Source of the DNA: Caryophanon sp.
GTDB lineage: Bacteria > Bacillota > Bacilli > Bacillales_A > Planococcaceae
Direction: 5' to 3'
DNA: 64,000 nt
NCBI GenBank assembly: GCA_036309765.1
Contig: JAXJTE010000106.1
Span: forward strand, 27,703 to 91,702
Made by a program: the position numbers and the translations under genes. The notes beneath the pieces are model-generated. The model was not told where the DNA came from, made no database searches, and saw nothing but the letters and a program-made list of their open reading frames with translations. Each line of letters begins with the position of its first letter. Position 1 is the first letter of the stretch. Shown piece by piece: positions 10,072-19,589 of this stretch.

Positions 10072-10776
10072 ATGAAACGACTTACAAACATTGTCGTCAA
10101 TCTCATCTTAATCGCCATCATTTTCTCAGGTGTGTTATTAATTTTTAACCAACCGATTCAAGAGCATTTTATTAGTGAAGCGTCCGGCGATTTACTCGAC
10201 ATGGACGCTGATACAATCGCTGAAAATCATAACGCTGACGCATCATACAACTTCGACGACATCGAGGAGCTAACGTTAACCGATATTTTATCGCTACAAT
10301 CGACAAAAAGCTACGTGCCGGTCATCGCGCAAATTGCCATTCCGTCTGTGAACATTCGTTTACCAATCGCAAAAGGCTTGAGCGAAACCGCACTCGCAAC
10401 TGGCGCGGGTACGATGAAGGAATCACAGCAGCTCGGTGAAGGCAACTACACGCTTGCTAGTCACAACCTCGAAGGAACGGACGTATTATTTAGTCCGCTT
10501 CACCGTCTCGAAATTGGCGAGCTCATTTATATTACCGATTTACAAGACATCTATACGTATGAAGTAACGATTTCAGAAGTCGTTGAACCAACTGCGGTGT
10601 ACGTGCTAGACGATGTGCCAAATAAGCGACTATTAACGCTTATTACGTGCGCATTTGACGGTGCCGACCGCTTGCACATTCAAGCGACGTTTAAAGACAA
10701 AACGCCGCTAGATAAAGCGACACAAGAAATGCTAAACGCGTTTGATCGTTTACAAACACATACGCAATGGAAATAA
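10072..10776 (+). CDS. Sortase (class A/D-type transpeptidase)
   Basis: 234 aa with an N-terminal TM anchor, conserved His (LASHN), the TLITC active-site motif and a downstream Arg (RLHIQ). Confidence 0.85.
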   Translation: MKRLTNIVVNLILIAIIFSGVLLIFNQPIQEHFISEASGDLLDMDADTIAENHNADASYNFDDIEELTLTDILSLQSTKSYVPVIAQIAIPSVNIRLPIAKGLSETALATGAGTMKESQQLGEGNYTLASHNLEGTDVLFSPLHRLEIGELIYITDLQDIYTYEVTISEVVEPTAVYVLDDVPNKRLLTLITCAFDGADRLHIQATFKDKTPLDKATQEMLNAFDRLQTHTQWK

Positions 10777-10861
10777 TAAAAACTAAACTAAGCGGCTTGA
10801 GCTCTAAATTCTAGATGGCTCAGACCGTTTAGTCTTTTCCGATAAGGTTGATGATTATAAA
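10765..10861 (+). repeat. Direct repeat R1 (sortase 3' end + hairpin), paired with 11261..11357
   Basis: CAATGGAAATAATAAAAACTAAACTAAGCGGCTTGAGCTCTAAATTCTAGATGGCTCAGACCGTTTAGTC...GTTGATGATTATAAA. About 85% identical by eye to R2. Contains a terminator-like hairpin. Confidence 0.8.
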
Positions 10862-10873
10862 GGAGTTGCTTTA

Positions 10874-11230
10874 ATGCTGAAAAAAATATTATTATTGTTA
10901 ATATGTGCGAGTCTTATAACAGTCAGTGGCATTTACTTGATGCGCTACTTACTCATGAATGAGGTAGAAAATCACCTCGTTGAAGAAGAGTTTAAGAAAG
11001 ATACCTTCGAAATGAGCTATTATCGAAACATTTCTTTACAAGGGAACGACTCTAAACAAGTGAAAGTAATATTTAACGCTCAACCTGACTATCATTTTTA
11101 CTTTTACAAAAATGATGATGCAACAATTGAATTAAGAACAATAAAGGACCTTACAACAAATACAAGGCTTGGTACTGTTGATGAAATGGCGCCATATATA
11201 AGTGAAATTAATGAACTTAAAGAAAAATAA
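10874..11230 (+). CDS. Hypothetical small membrane-anchored protein
   Basis: 118 aa with an N-terminal hydrophobic helix (KILLLLICASLITVSGIYLM). AAGGAG RBS. Visibly AT-rich relative to its neighbours and flanked by the R1/R2 direct repeats. Confidence 0.5.
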   Translation: MLKKILLLLICASLITVSGIYLMRYLLMNEVENHLVEEEFKKDTFEMSYYRNISLQGNDSKQVKVIFNAQPDYHFYFYKNDDATIELRTIKDLTTNTRLGTVDEMAPYISEINELKEK

Positions 11231-11260
11231 ATCCTTCTAAACTGCTCTTTCCCAAATAGA

Positions 11261-11357
11261 CAATGAAAATAATAAAAATTAAGCTAAACGGTTTGAGCTC
11301 TGAATTCTAGAGAGCTTAAGCCGTTTAGTCGTTTTTGATAACGTTGATGATTATAAA
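11261..11357 (+). repeat. Direct repeat R2, paired with 10765..10861
   Basis: CAATGAAAATAATAAAAATTAAGCTAAACGGTTTGAGCTCTGAATTCTAGAGAGCTTAAGCCGTTTAGTC...GTTGATGATTATAAA. Confidence 0.8.
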
Positions 11358-11541
11358 CATCTATAGCCTTTCGTAACTCCTCAAATGACTGAAACTCATG
11401 CAAATTGAAGAACTGCTATTTTTTGTTCCACTGTATGCTTACTTCATGCCATAAAAAATATCCCCCAACAGGTAACAGATTTTGTTTTTTATCTGTCTAC
11501 CTATTGAGGAACATATCACAAATTTGGCGGCACTAGCTTTT

Positions 11542-12822
11542 TCATTTTCGACGCAGCAACGTTAAAATTTCGTTGCGCAGCGCATCATCTTCAATTGCTT
11601 CGACGACATCGAGTGGATAATAAATTTTGCGGTCTGGCTTTAACTTGCCAATGACCGCCTCGACAATCGGTGACACCGTCGATAGCTCCTGCAAGCTTCC
11701 ATCTGGCATCAGCATCATAATCGGATTTTGCGCACTCGCCTTATAAAAATCGTCCGACGTCGTATCAGACACCAAATAATAGAGCGGATCAATGCCCGCC
11801 TTCGCAAATAAAATTTGAAGCTTCACGTAGCGCTCCATATCCTCGTCGCTATTTAAATTGCTATATTTGAACAAGCGACGATTCACAAAGCGCGTGCATA
11901 AATCACGCAGCACCTCGTCTTTTTCGTTCATCCATAGCTGGAAATATGTAAGTAAAATGCTTTCGTCTAGCGCCACATAATCGGCTAGCGTAATGCGGTT
12001 CGTAAAAAACGGCACGAACGGTCGCGGTTCAATGTCAAACGTGTACTCATTCATATACAAATGCTTCGCGCGCTGCAAAATATGATTCAAAATCGCCTCC
12101 GCACTGCGCGACACCGGATGGAAATACACTTGCAAATACATTTGATAGCGCGACATAATGTAATCCTCAACCGCATGCATGCCGCTGTATTTCATCACCG
12201 CCTGCTCCTTCGCCGGTCGAATCACACGCAAAATGCGCTCCAAATCAAAATGCCCGTACGTTACCCCTGTATAAAACGCGTCTCGCTGCAAATAATCCAT
12301 GCGGTCCACGTCCATTTGGCTCGAAATTAAACTAACGACAAGCTTGTTCTCATACGTCTTCTCAATGACTTGCGATACTTTAAGCGGAAAATCATCGCTC
12401 ACTTTTCGCAGCACCGCATTGACCTCTGTATCGCCAAGCAAAATTTCACGCGTGTAAAACTCATGGTCAAGCTGAAACACATTTTCAAACGCATGCGAAA
12501 ATGGTCCATGCCCTAAATCATGTAGTAACGCCGCACATAATACGACTAACCGCTCGCTATCATCCCACTCCGCACGCCCTTTAAAATGGTCATCTACAAG
12601 TCGACGCATGAGCTCATAAACCCCAAGCGAATGGTTAAAGCGCGTATGCTCCGCTCCGTGGAACACTAAAAATGTCGTCCCAAGTTGGCGAATACGACGC
12701 AGCCGCTGAAATTCCCTCGTACTAATTAAATCCCAAATGACTTGATCGCGCACATGCACATAGCTATGCACAGGGTCTTTAAACACCTTTTCCTCATGAA
12801 GCTTTCGATCTTTATATCGCAT
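11542..12822 (-). CDS. HD-domain metal-dependent phosphohydrolase (YwfO-like, dNTP triphosphohydrolase-related)
   Basis: HD motif region RFNHSLGV...LLHDLGHGPFSH...DVDRMDYLQRD. Start chosen at the ATG at 12822 after AAGGAGGG. Confidence 0.85.
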   Translation of the reverse strand: MRYKDRKLHEEKVFKDPVHSYVHVRDQVIWDLISTREFQRLRRIRQLGTTFLVFHGAEHTRFNHSLGVYELMRRLVDDHFKGRAEWDDSERLVVLCAALLHDLGHGPFSHAFENVFQLDHEFYTREILLGDTEVNAVLRKVSDDFPLKVSQVIEKTYENKLVVSLISSQMDVDRMDYLQRDAFYTGVTYGHFDLERILRVIRPAKEQAVMKYSGMHAVEDYIMSRYQMYLQVYFHPVSRSAEAILNHILQRAKHLYMNEYTFDIEPRPFVPFFTNRITLADYVALDESILLTYFQLWMNEKDEVLRDLCTRFVNRRLFKYSNLNSDEDMERYVKLQILFAKAGIDPLYYLVSDTTSDDFYKASAQNPIMMLMPDGSLQELSTVSPIVEAVIGKLKPDRKIYYPLDVVEAIEDDALRNEILTLLRRK

Positions 12823-12907
12823 CACTATACAGCCCTCCTTCACTCTTTCCTTCATTATAATCGACGCGGCGCATTTCGTAAAAAAAGCCTTATAGCGAAT
12901 GCATCGA

Positions 12908-12940
12908 AAAAAAAATGTATCCGAAAAGAATTCGAATACA
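12908..12940 (-). terminator. Rho-independent terminator after the DUF1450 gene
   Basis: The minus strand reads GTGTATTCGAATTCTTTTCGGATACA followed by TTTTTTTTT. Confidence 0.7.
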
Positions 12941-12946
12941 CTTTTG

Positions 12947-13174
12947 TTACACCATTTTCAGTTTTGCTTTTACTTTTTCCATTAGCTCTTCCTCTGTTAA
13001 GGCCGCTACTGGGCGACTGTTGACGAAGGTAAATGTTTTTTTACGTCCTGGGCCACAATAAGAATGGCAACCAATTTCAATCGTCGCGTCTGAATCGATA
13101 TCCTTTAACTTCGGAATTAATGTTTTCAAGTTGACAGCTTGGCACTCATCACAAACTTTAAATTCGTTTGCCAT
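12947..13174 (-). CDS. DUF1450 family protein (YuzB/YwzC-like)
   Basis: About 75 aa with CDEC...CHSYCGPG cysteine motifs. It lies between the ywfO-like and lipL-like genes. Start chosen at MANEF (the ORF track starts 10 codons earlier). Confidence 0.65.
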   Translation of the reverse strand: MANEFKVCDECQAVNLKTLIPKLKDIDSDATIEIGCHSYCGPGRKKTFTFVNSRPVAALTEEELMEKVKAKLKMV

Positions 13175-13283
13175 TGCGTTTTCAACCCTTTCTATTCTAA
13201 TCATTCAATATGCTATTTTACCGCAAAAAACGAATGACTTTCAACTGAAAAAGAATGTGTTTATACTTTTACAGCGGCTACGT

Positions 13284-14111
13284 TCATTGTTTGTCCATAT
13301 TGTCGAGCATTTTGTCGTTGCGCTCTAAAATGCGCGTTAAATAATAGAAGTAACGCGTATTTTCGTCGTCGTTAAACGGCATGTAACGCACGTCGCGAGT
13401 CAATTGCGTAACGATGTGCTGCAATCGTGCCACAACATCGCTTACGGTCATTGGTGTAATGAGTTCACTAATCGATGCCATAACATGCGGCGTAATTTGT
13501 GGATATTGAAACTTCGTTGTCTCGCCCTTTAAGCTCTCCCTGTAAAAATCACGAATGAGTGCTGCTCGCTCTGCCCCGCTTCCTTCCACACAAATATAAA
13601 TTTGTACAGCGATTCCTTGACGCATGCGGCGCTGAGAAATACCTGCGAACTTTTTGCCGTCGATGCTTAAATCAAAGCTACCAGGACAGTACGAGCCAAC
13701 AATTTCATACGCCTCGATGCTCGCTTCAGGAAACAGCAAACGAATGAGCGACACCATCGCCTCGTACGCTTCGTCAATCGATAGGCGCGTATCCTGCTCT
13801 GACATAATAAGCGACACGTTTAAAATGCCGCTATCAAGCACGACCGCTAAGCCGCCTGAGTTGCGTACAATTGGCGTGTAACCGTGCTGCTGTAAATACG
13901 TTTTGCCGTCGTGTAAATGCGGCAGGCGATGGTCTTGAATGCCGAGTACGACCGATGCATCGTGTACCCATGTGCGAATCGTCCACGGTGAGTTGCCGGC
14001 GCCGATTGCCTCACAAAGTGTGTCGTCCGTTGCGAATGATTCAAGTGGTGATTTCGTTTTATTCGTAATCGATTGGTCAATGAAGCGCCAAATTGGTCGT
14101 TGTAAGTTCAT
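13284..14111 (-). CDS. lipL: Lipoate-protein ligase family protein, octanoyl-[GcvH]:protein N-octanoyltransferase LipL-like
   Basis: BPL/LPL catalytic-domain features (RNSGGLAVVLD, KKFAGISQRR). Size and synteny match B. subtilis ywfL/lipL. Confidence 0.75.
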   Translation of the reverse strand: MNLQRPIWRFIDQSITNKTKSPLESFATDDTLCEAIGAGNSPWTIRTWVHDASVVLGIQDHRLPHLHDGKTYLQQHGYTPIVRNSGGLAVVLDSGILNVSLIMSEQDTRLSIDEAYEAMVSLIRLLFPEASIEAYEIVGSYCPGSFDLSIDGKKFAGISQRRMRQGIAVQIYICVEGSGAERAALIRDFYRESLKGETTKFQYPQITPHVMASISELITPMTVSDVVARLQHIVTQLTRDVRYMPFNDDENTRYFYYLTRILERNDKMLDNMDKQ

Positions 14112-14232
14112 AAACATTCTCCCCTTTTCCTGTAAGCATACACAAATTCTTGACGCTTTTCATCCTCGCGTTTTTCGATTTTATGCTACACTGTGAGAGA
14201 AAAGATTTTTTATAAAAGGAGCGTTTCTAACA

Positions 14233-14982
14233 ATGAATGAAGCAGCAATTACATTAGATGGTTGGTACGTATTACATGATTTCCGCTCGATGGACTGGGC
14301 GTCTTGGAAATTAGTTGACGAAGCAGAGCGTCAAGAAGCAATTGAGGAGTTCCAAGCATATTTAGCAAACTTAAACGAAGCAGATGTCGCAAAAACAGGC
14401 GCACATGCTTTTTATACAATCGTTGGGCAAAAGGCAGACTTCATGCTTATGACGTTACGCGAAACGATGGACGAGCTACAAGAAATCGAAGCCGCGTTTA
14501 ACAAATTAAAAATCGCAGACTTCACAATGCCAGCGTATTCGTACGTTTCAGTAGTCGAGCTATCAAACTACTTAGCAGGTGAATCAGATGAAGATCCATA
14601 CCAAAACGCACACGTGCGTTCGCGTTTATATCCTGAGCTACCACGCGCTCAATACGTATGCTTCTACCCGATGGACAAGCGTCGTCAAGGTAACGACAAC
14701 TGGTACATGTTAGGTATGGACGAGCGTAAAGGATTAATGCGCTCACACGGCATGATTGGTCGCGGCTATGCAGGGAAAGTAAAGCAAATCATCTCAGGCT
14801 CAATCGGCTTTGATGACCACGAGTGGGGCGTAACATTATTCTCTGACGACGTGCTACAATTCAAAAAATTAGTGTACGAAATGCGTTTTGATGAAGTATC
14901 AGCACGCTACGGTGAATTCGGCTCATTCTTCGTCGGTAACATTGCGACAGACGAAAAATTAGTGAAGTTTTTAACAGTTTAA
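14233..14982 (+). CDS. hemQ: Coproheme decarboxylase HemQ/ChdC (chlorite dismutase family)
   Basis: 249 aa. The N-terminus [15 protein letters not shown] and the overall pattern are typical of Firmicutes HemQ (B. subtilis ywfI). AAGGAG RBS. Confidence 0.9.
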   Translation: MNEAAITLDGWYVLHDFRSMDWASWKLVDEAERQEAIEEFQAYLANLNEADVAKTGAHAFYTIVGQKADFMLMTLRETMDELQEIEAAFNKLKIADFTMPAYSYVSVVELSNYLAGESDEDPYQNAHVRSRLYPELPRAQYVCFYPMDKRRQGNDNWYMLGMDERKGLMRSHGMIGRGYAGKVKQIISGSIGFDDHEWGVTLFSDDVLQFKKLVYEMRFDEVSARYGEFGSFFVGNIATDEKLVKFLTV

Positions 14983-15022
14983 AAAAAAGAGGCGTGTGCG
15001 AAATTTGCACACGCCTCTTTTG
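14983..15022. terminator. Bidirectional terminator
   Basis: AAAAAAAGAGGCGTGTGCGAAATTTGCACACGCCTCTTTTG. Confidence 0.85.
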
Positions 15023-15024
15023 AA

Positions 15025-15228
15025 TTAACGCTTAACTTCCTTCGTCTTGCTCTCAAGCTCTTCAATATCCTTGAACTGCAAAATGAAAATGACCGTTTGA
15101 ACGAATAACCCGAACGCCACTAAAATAATAAAGAAATATGGATGCGGTGCAATACCGTAATAGCCACTAATGACAAACGCTAAAATTGCGCTTAAAAAAA
15201 TACTAATTAAGATGGATAGTTTATGCAT
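15025..15228 (-). CDS. Hypothetical small membrane protein (two TM helices)
   Basis: 67 aa, two hydrophobic helices and a charged C-terminus. No recognisable family. Confidence 0.45.
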   Translation of the reverse strand: MHKLSILISIFLSAILAFVISGYYGIAPHPYFFIILVAFGLFVQTVIFILQFKDIEELESKTKEVKR

Positions 15229-15398
15229 TATACAAGCTCCTTTTGAAAGTTCTTGTACTACAATAAACTATTTCACAGTATCATTTCTATCTTTTCATTT
15301 TGTGCTGAACTGGCGAAATGGCACATTTGCACTTAAGCGCGATAAATGATTGTACGTTACATCATTTTGCCGCAAAACTAAGCATCGCTGTTTGAGCT

Positions 15399-15512
15399 CT
15401 ATACAATGAACTTAATGCTGTAACTTTTCTTTTGTTTCGGCGGATGCTTTTCACGGGCACGTCAGAACGATGAATTCCTCGTGTTCTATTCAAAAGTTCG
15501 ACCTATATATTC
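15399..15512. repeat. Palindromic repeat, TIR subfamily, copy F
   Basis: TATACAATGAACTT...TTCTTTTGTTTCGGCGGATGCTTTTC...CACGTCAGAACGATG...AAGTTCGACCTATATA. Homologous to 27421..27550. The right end overlaps the last codons and the stop of the M20 gene. Confidence 0.75.
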
Positions 15513-16652
15513 CATGGTCGCATGAAGCAACACGTTTGCCGCGACCATCATCGCACGTTCGTCAAACTCAAATCGTGCGTGGTGATGCGGGTAGACCACA
15601 TCCGCTTCTGGCTTGCGGGCGCCTGTGAAGAAAAACGTGCCTGGTACGTGCTGCATATAATAGCCAAAGTCCTCGCCAATCATCATCGGCGGCGTGACAC
15701 TGACATTGCCGTACTGCTTCGCGCAGTTTGCGATAAATTCCGTTTCTGCCTCGTGATTCACAACCGGTGGATAGCCGCGGTTGTAAGTGTATGTATACGT
15801 CGCTCCTGATGCGTCACACACTGCCTTTAACATCGTTTCAATTTCACGCTCCATTAAATCGCGCACATCGTCATCAAACGTGCGCACCGTTCCTTTTAAA
15901 TGGACGCGGTCGGCGATGACGTTAAACGAATTGATTGCTTCAAAATGCCCGATTGAATAGACGGCTGATTTTAGCGGATCGACTTTGCGTGACACGATGG
16001 ACTGTGCCGCTGTAACGAACTGTGAACCTGTTAGCACCGCATCGACCGTTTCGTGCGGCTCTGCACCGTGACCGCCGCGCCCTTGAATGTCGATATAAAC
16101 CGCGTCCGCTGCTGCCATAATTGCACCGCTTCGCACTTGAATATCACCAAGCTGCATCGGCGCCCATAAATGCGTGCCGAAAATAACATCAACCCCGTCT
16201 AGGCAGCCGTCCTCAATCATCGCGATTGCCCCACCTGGTGCGAGCTCCTCAGCGAATTGATGAATGAATACGACGTTTCCTGCGAGCGTATCTTGCATGT
16301 CGACAAGTGCGCGTGCGATACCGAGCGCAATCGCCGTATGTCCGTCGTGACCACATGCATGCATAACGCCGTCGTTTTTTGATTTGTACGGTACGTCGTT
16401 TTCCTCTTGAATCGGTAATGCGTCAAAATCAGCACGAATCGCTACTGTTTTACCAGGCTTACTGCCGCGAAGTATTGCAACAACGCCACGCCCACCGACT
16501 TGCTCGCGTACATCTAAGCCGAGCTTTCTATGATACGCTGCGATGTATTTCGGCGTTTCGACCTCCTGAAACGATAGCTCTGGATACATATGTAAGTGAC
16601 GACGAATGGCAACCATTTCGTCAAATTGCTGCTCGATCATTTGCTGAATCAT
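15486..16652 (-). CDS. M20 family metallopeptidase / N-acyl-L-amino acid amidohydrolase
   Basis: 388 aa with an MHACGHDGH metal-binding motif and the M20D dimerisation-domain pattern. GGAGG RBS. Confidence 0.85.
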   Translation of the reverse strand: MIQQMIEQQFDEMVAIRRHLHMYPELSFQEVETPKYIAAYHRKLGLDVREQVGGRGVVAILRGSKPGKTVAIRADFDALPIQEENDVPYKSKNDGVMHACGHDGHTAIALGIARALVDMQDTLAGNVVFIHQFAEELAPGGAIAMIEDGCLDGVDVIFGTHLWAPMQLGDIQVRSGAIMAAADAVYIDIQGRGGHGAEPHETVDAVLTGSQFVTAAQSIVSRKVDPLKSAVYSIGHFEAINSFNVIADRVHLKGTVRTFDDDVRDLMEREIETMLKAVCDASGATYTYTYNRGYPPVVNHEAETEFIANCAKQYGNVSVTPPMMIGEDFGYYMQHVPGTFFFTGARKPEADVVYPHHHARFEFDERAMMVAANVLLHATMEYIGRTFE

Positions 16653-16717
16653 CGTATGTCCTCCTATACGAAAAAGAGCGCCACATCAAAGTGTACGCGC
16701 TTTTTCTGATCATTTTA

Positions 16718-17089
16718 TTATTTCGCTTTCACAACAGCTGTAATCACAAGTGCCCAAGCGATTAAAAATAGCACACCACCAATTGGCGTAATCGCACCGA
16801 GTACACCGATGCCTGTTAATGCAAGCACTATTAAACTACCTGCGAAGAAGTAAATCCCTGCGTGCATTAAGCGGCTTGCCCACGTTAATTGCTTTGACTC
16901 TCCTAATTCTTTCATTAAAATACCGATAACGATTAATCCTGTTGCGTGGAACATTTGATATTGAATCGCTGTTTCCCAAATGTCCGTTGAATATGCGTCA
17001 AGTACGTCTTCTAACGCATGTGCACCGAACGCGCCAAGTGCTACTGCTAAAAAGGCATGTACCGCACCGGCAATAATTGCTTTTTTCAT
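16718..17089 (-). CDS. DUF423 membrane protein (YwdK-like)
   Basis: 123 aa with four hydrophobic helices. Same length as B. subtilis ywdK. Confidence 0.75.
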   Translation of the reverse strand: MKKAIIAGAVHAFLAVALGAFGAHALEDVLDAYSTDIWETAIQYQMFHATGLIVIGILMKELGESKQLTWASRLMHAGIYFFAGSLIVLALTGIGVLGAITPIGGVLFLIAWALVITAVVKAK

Positions 17090-17104
17090 TTGTTTACTTC
17101 CTTT

Positions 17105-17347
17105 CTAAAAATCAAAAATCGAATCGCCATTTGCACCGTTTTCTTCAACGCGTGTCGGCTGAATCGTTGGTGCAATGCTCATCGGCTGTATGCTCGTCAT
17201 AGGCATAACAATCGGTTTCGCACTTAATGCGACGTCACAAAGCGCACGTATTGCACTAAGCGCCTCGCGAGTTGCTTGCTCGTCGCCTGCTTGTGCTGCT
17301 TGTAGCTCCTTCGCAAGTGCCTGTAATAATGCATCCTTTGAAATCAT
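17105..17347 (-). CDS. Small conserved protein, YwdI-like (DUF5327)
   Basis: About 80 aa. Start chosen at MISKDALLQ after GAGGGA. Assigned on position next to the ywdK-like gene and ung. Confidence 0.5.
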   Translation of the reverse strand: MISKDALLQALAKELQAAQAGDEQATREALSAIRALCDVALSAKPIVMPMTSIQPMSIAPTIQPTRVEENGANGDSIFDF

Positions 17348-17577
17348 TTCGCCGTCCCTCGTTTCGGTGTGAAATATAAACATTCCATTCCTGACGTTTG
17401 CTTTACGACGGCAGATGGGATTTGCTTCGTTTTAAAGCCATGTGCCTCGCACGCACGTGGATGCGCCGGCTCCCATGTAATTCGTAAATATGCGCATTTA
17501 AAACAATCGACTTTCATCAACTACGCCTACTTTCTATTTAAAATGTACCATGTTTTATGCTAGCTGAGAAGCGCCCT

Positions 17578-18255
17578 TTATAGATCGCGCAAGCACCAAT
17601 CAATCGGCGGCTGTCCGTATTGCGCAAGCTGCTCATTAATGCGCGAGTACGGTTTGCTGCCGAAAAAGCCGCGATGTGCACTTAGTGGGCTTGGATGTGG
17701 CGCAGTGAGTACCGCATGCTTCGTCGTATCAATGAGCTTTTGCTTTTGCTGTGCAGGTCGCCCCCATAGCACGAAAATAATTGGCTCGTCGCGTTCATTT
17801 AGCTTTTGAATAACCGTATCGGTAAACTGCTCCCAGCCACGGTCTTTATGCGAATGTGCCTCGCCTTGACGCACCGTTAGCACCGTGTTTAATAGCAATA
17901 CACCTTGCTTCGCCCAGTCCGTTAAGTAGCCGTGATTTGGCGATGGGCAGCCAATATCTGTTTGCAACTCTTGCAACATATTGCGTAAACTCGGCGGCTG
18001 CTTCACACCTGGTAATACCGAAAAACTCATACCGTGTGCTTGGTTCGGTCCGTGATACGGGTCCTGCCCTAAAATGACAACCTTCACATCTTTGTAGCTT
18101 GTCGTCTGAAACGCGCTCCATATGTCGCCCACCGCTGGATAAACAGTCGCCGTCTTATACTGCTCCTTCAAAAATTCACGCAGCTGTAAATAATACGGCT
18201 TTTGAAATTCTGCACCTAGCACGTCCTGCCAATCGTTTTGGAAAATTTTTTTCAT
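17578..18255 (-). CDS. ung: Uracil-DNA glycosylase
   Basis: Family 1 UDG motifs [11 protein letters not shown] and HPSPLS. The second ATG aligns best with the B. subtilis Ung N-terminus. Confidence 0.93.
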   Translation of the reverse strand: MKKIFQNDWQDVLGAEFQKPYYLQLREFLKEQYKTATVYPAVGDIWSAFQTTSYKDVKVVILGQDPYHGPNQAHGMSFSVLPGVKQPPSLRNMLQELQTDIGCPSPNHGYLTDWAKQGVLLLNTVLTVRQGEAHSHKDRGWEQFTDTVIQKLNERDEPIIFVLWGRPAQQKQKLIDTTKHAVLTAPHPSPLSAHRGFFGSKPYSRINEQLAQYGQPPIDWCLRDL

Positions 18256-18360
18256 CATCGATCTCCTTTTATGTAACTGACCTTGTTAAAATGATGTTTT
18301 CTGAATATTTTTTTATAGTCAATTGACCTTTATACTAAGCGTACTTAATTAAAGTTGATG

Positions 18361-18556
18361 AACAGCGTGTTGCTCAAAAGCGACAGAGGCGGACTCCTGC
18401 GGGAAAAGCTCGTGCCTCAAGACCCCGCAGCGTAGCGAGGAGGCTTGAAGAAGGCGGTGAACGCTACGTCCATGTAGCACCGCCTTCATGACCAACATCG
18501 TGTTCGCCGCCGAGCCCGCGAAAAGCCTGCCTCGAAAGCGACGAGCAACACGTCTC
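18361..18556. repeat. Palindromic intergenic repeat, copy B (longest)
   Basis: Terminal inverted repeat GCGTGTTGCTC / GAGCAACACG. Core GAGGCGGACTCCTGCGGGAAAAGC...GACCCCGCAG...GAGGAGGCTTGAAG...CCCGCGAAAAGCCTGCCTC. It also carries a nested hairpin, AAGGCGGTG...CACCGCCTT. Confidence 0.85.
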
Positions 18557-18607
18557 GCCCATCAATAGCTTATTTACTATTGTACTTGAAGGAAAGAAGG
18601 GTTTTCA

Positions 18608-19453
18608 ATGACATTGCACAAGACATTAACAATTGCTGGTTCGGACACATCAGGCGGCGCGGGTATGCAAGCCGATTTAAAAACATTTCAGGAGCACGGC
18701 ACATACGGCATGGTCGCATTAACAGTTGTTGTCACGATGAATCCAACAACATGGGCACATAAAGTCACACCGCTACCGACAGAGCTGCTGCACGCACAAA
18801 TTGACACAGCGATTTCAACAGGCATCGATGCCATTAAAACAGGGATGCTCGCTTCAGAGGAAATTATTAAAATCGCAAGCGACGCGATTCAACGTGCGGA
18901 CACGAAGCACGTCGTTATTGATCCTGTTATGGTATGTAAAGGTGATGACGAAGTGTTAAACCCAGGCAACACGAAGGCGATGATTGAGCATTTATTGCCG
19001 TACGCTACCGTAACGACGCCAAACTTATTTGAAGCAGGTCAGCTCGCTGAAATGCCAACACCAAAAACGGTGGACGACGTAAAAGCAGTCGCAAAGGAAA
19101 TCGTCGCGCGTGGTGCAAAAGCGGTTGTCGTAAAAGGCGGCAAAAAGCTTCAGCACGACAAAGCCGTCGACGTATTTTACAACGGACAAGACTTTTACTT
19201 ACTTGAGACAGAAAAGTTCGATACGGTTTGGAATCACGGCGCGGGCTGTACGTTCGCTGCGGCGATTACCGCAAACTTAGCAAACGGCTTATCGATTAAC
19301 GAAGCGGTATTTGCGGCAAAGGAATTCGTCGCAGCGGCAATTCAGCACGGCTGGGCGTTAAATGATTTCGTCGGCCCGGTGATGCACGGTGCGAAAAACC
19401 GCTTCGATGCACCGGCTGTAACGATTACGAAGCTCGATGCAATGACAGTTTAA
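18608..19453 (+). CDS. pdxK: Pyridoxal/pyridoxine/HMP kinase (PdxK/ThiD family)
   Basis: GSDTSGGAG N-terminal motif and GAGCTFAAAI anion hole. 281 aa. Confidence 0.85.
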   Translation: MTLHKTLTIAGSDTSGGAGMQADLKTFQEHGTYGMVALTVVVTMNPTTWAHKVTPLPTELLHAQIDTAISTGIDAIKTGMLASEEIIKIASDAIQRADTKHVVIDPVMVCKGDDEVLNPGNTKAMIEHLLPYATVTTPNLFEAGQLAEMPTPKTVDDVKAVAKEIVARGAKAVVVKGGKKLQHDKAVDVFYNGQDFYLLETEKFDTVWNHGAGCTFAAAITANLANGLSINEAVFAAKEFVAAAIQHGWALNDFVGPVMHGAKNRFDAPAVTITKLDAMTV

Positions 19454-19460
19454 TGAAGCA

Positions 19461-19501
19461 AGGTGTACGAAAAGTGGAAACAAGCTTTTCGTGCACCTTT
19501 T
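19461..19501 (+). terminator. Rho-independent terminator after pdxK
   Basis: AAGGTGTACGAAAAG...CTTTTCGTGCACCTTTTTG. Confidence 0.8.
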
Positions 19502-19589
19502 TGTTCTGTATTTTCCTTCGCCGCGCTAGTATGCACGAAACGGACTTTGCTATAATGAAGGCAGTGTTATTCGAAAGGAGATTTTTTCG

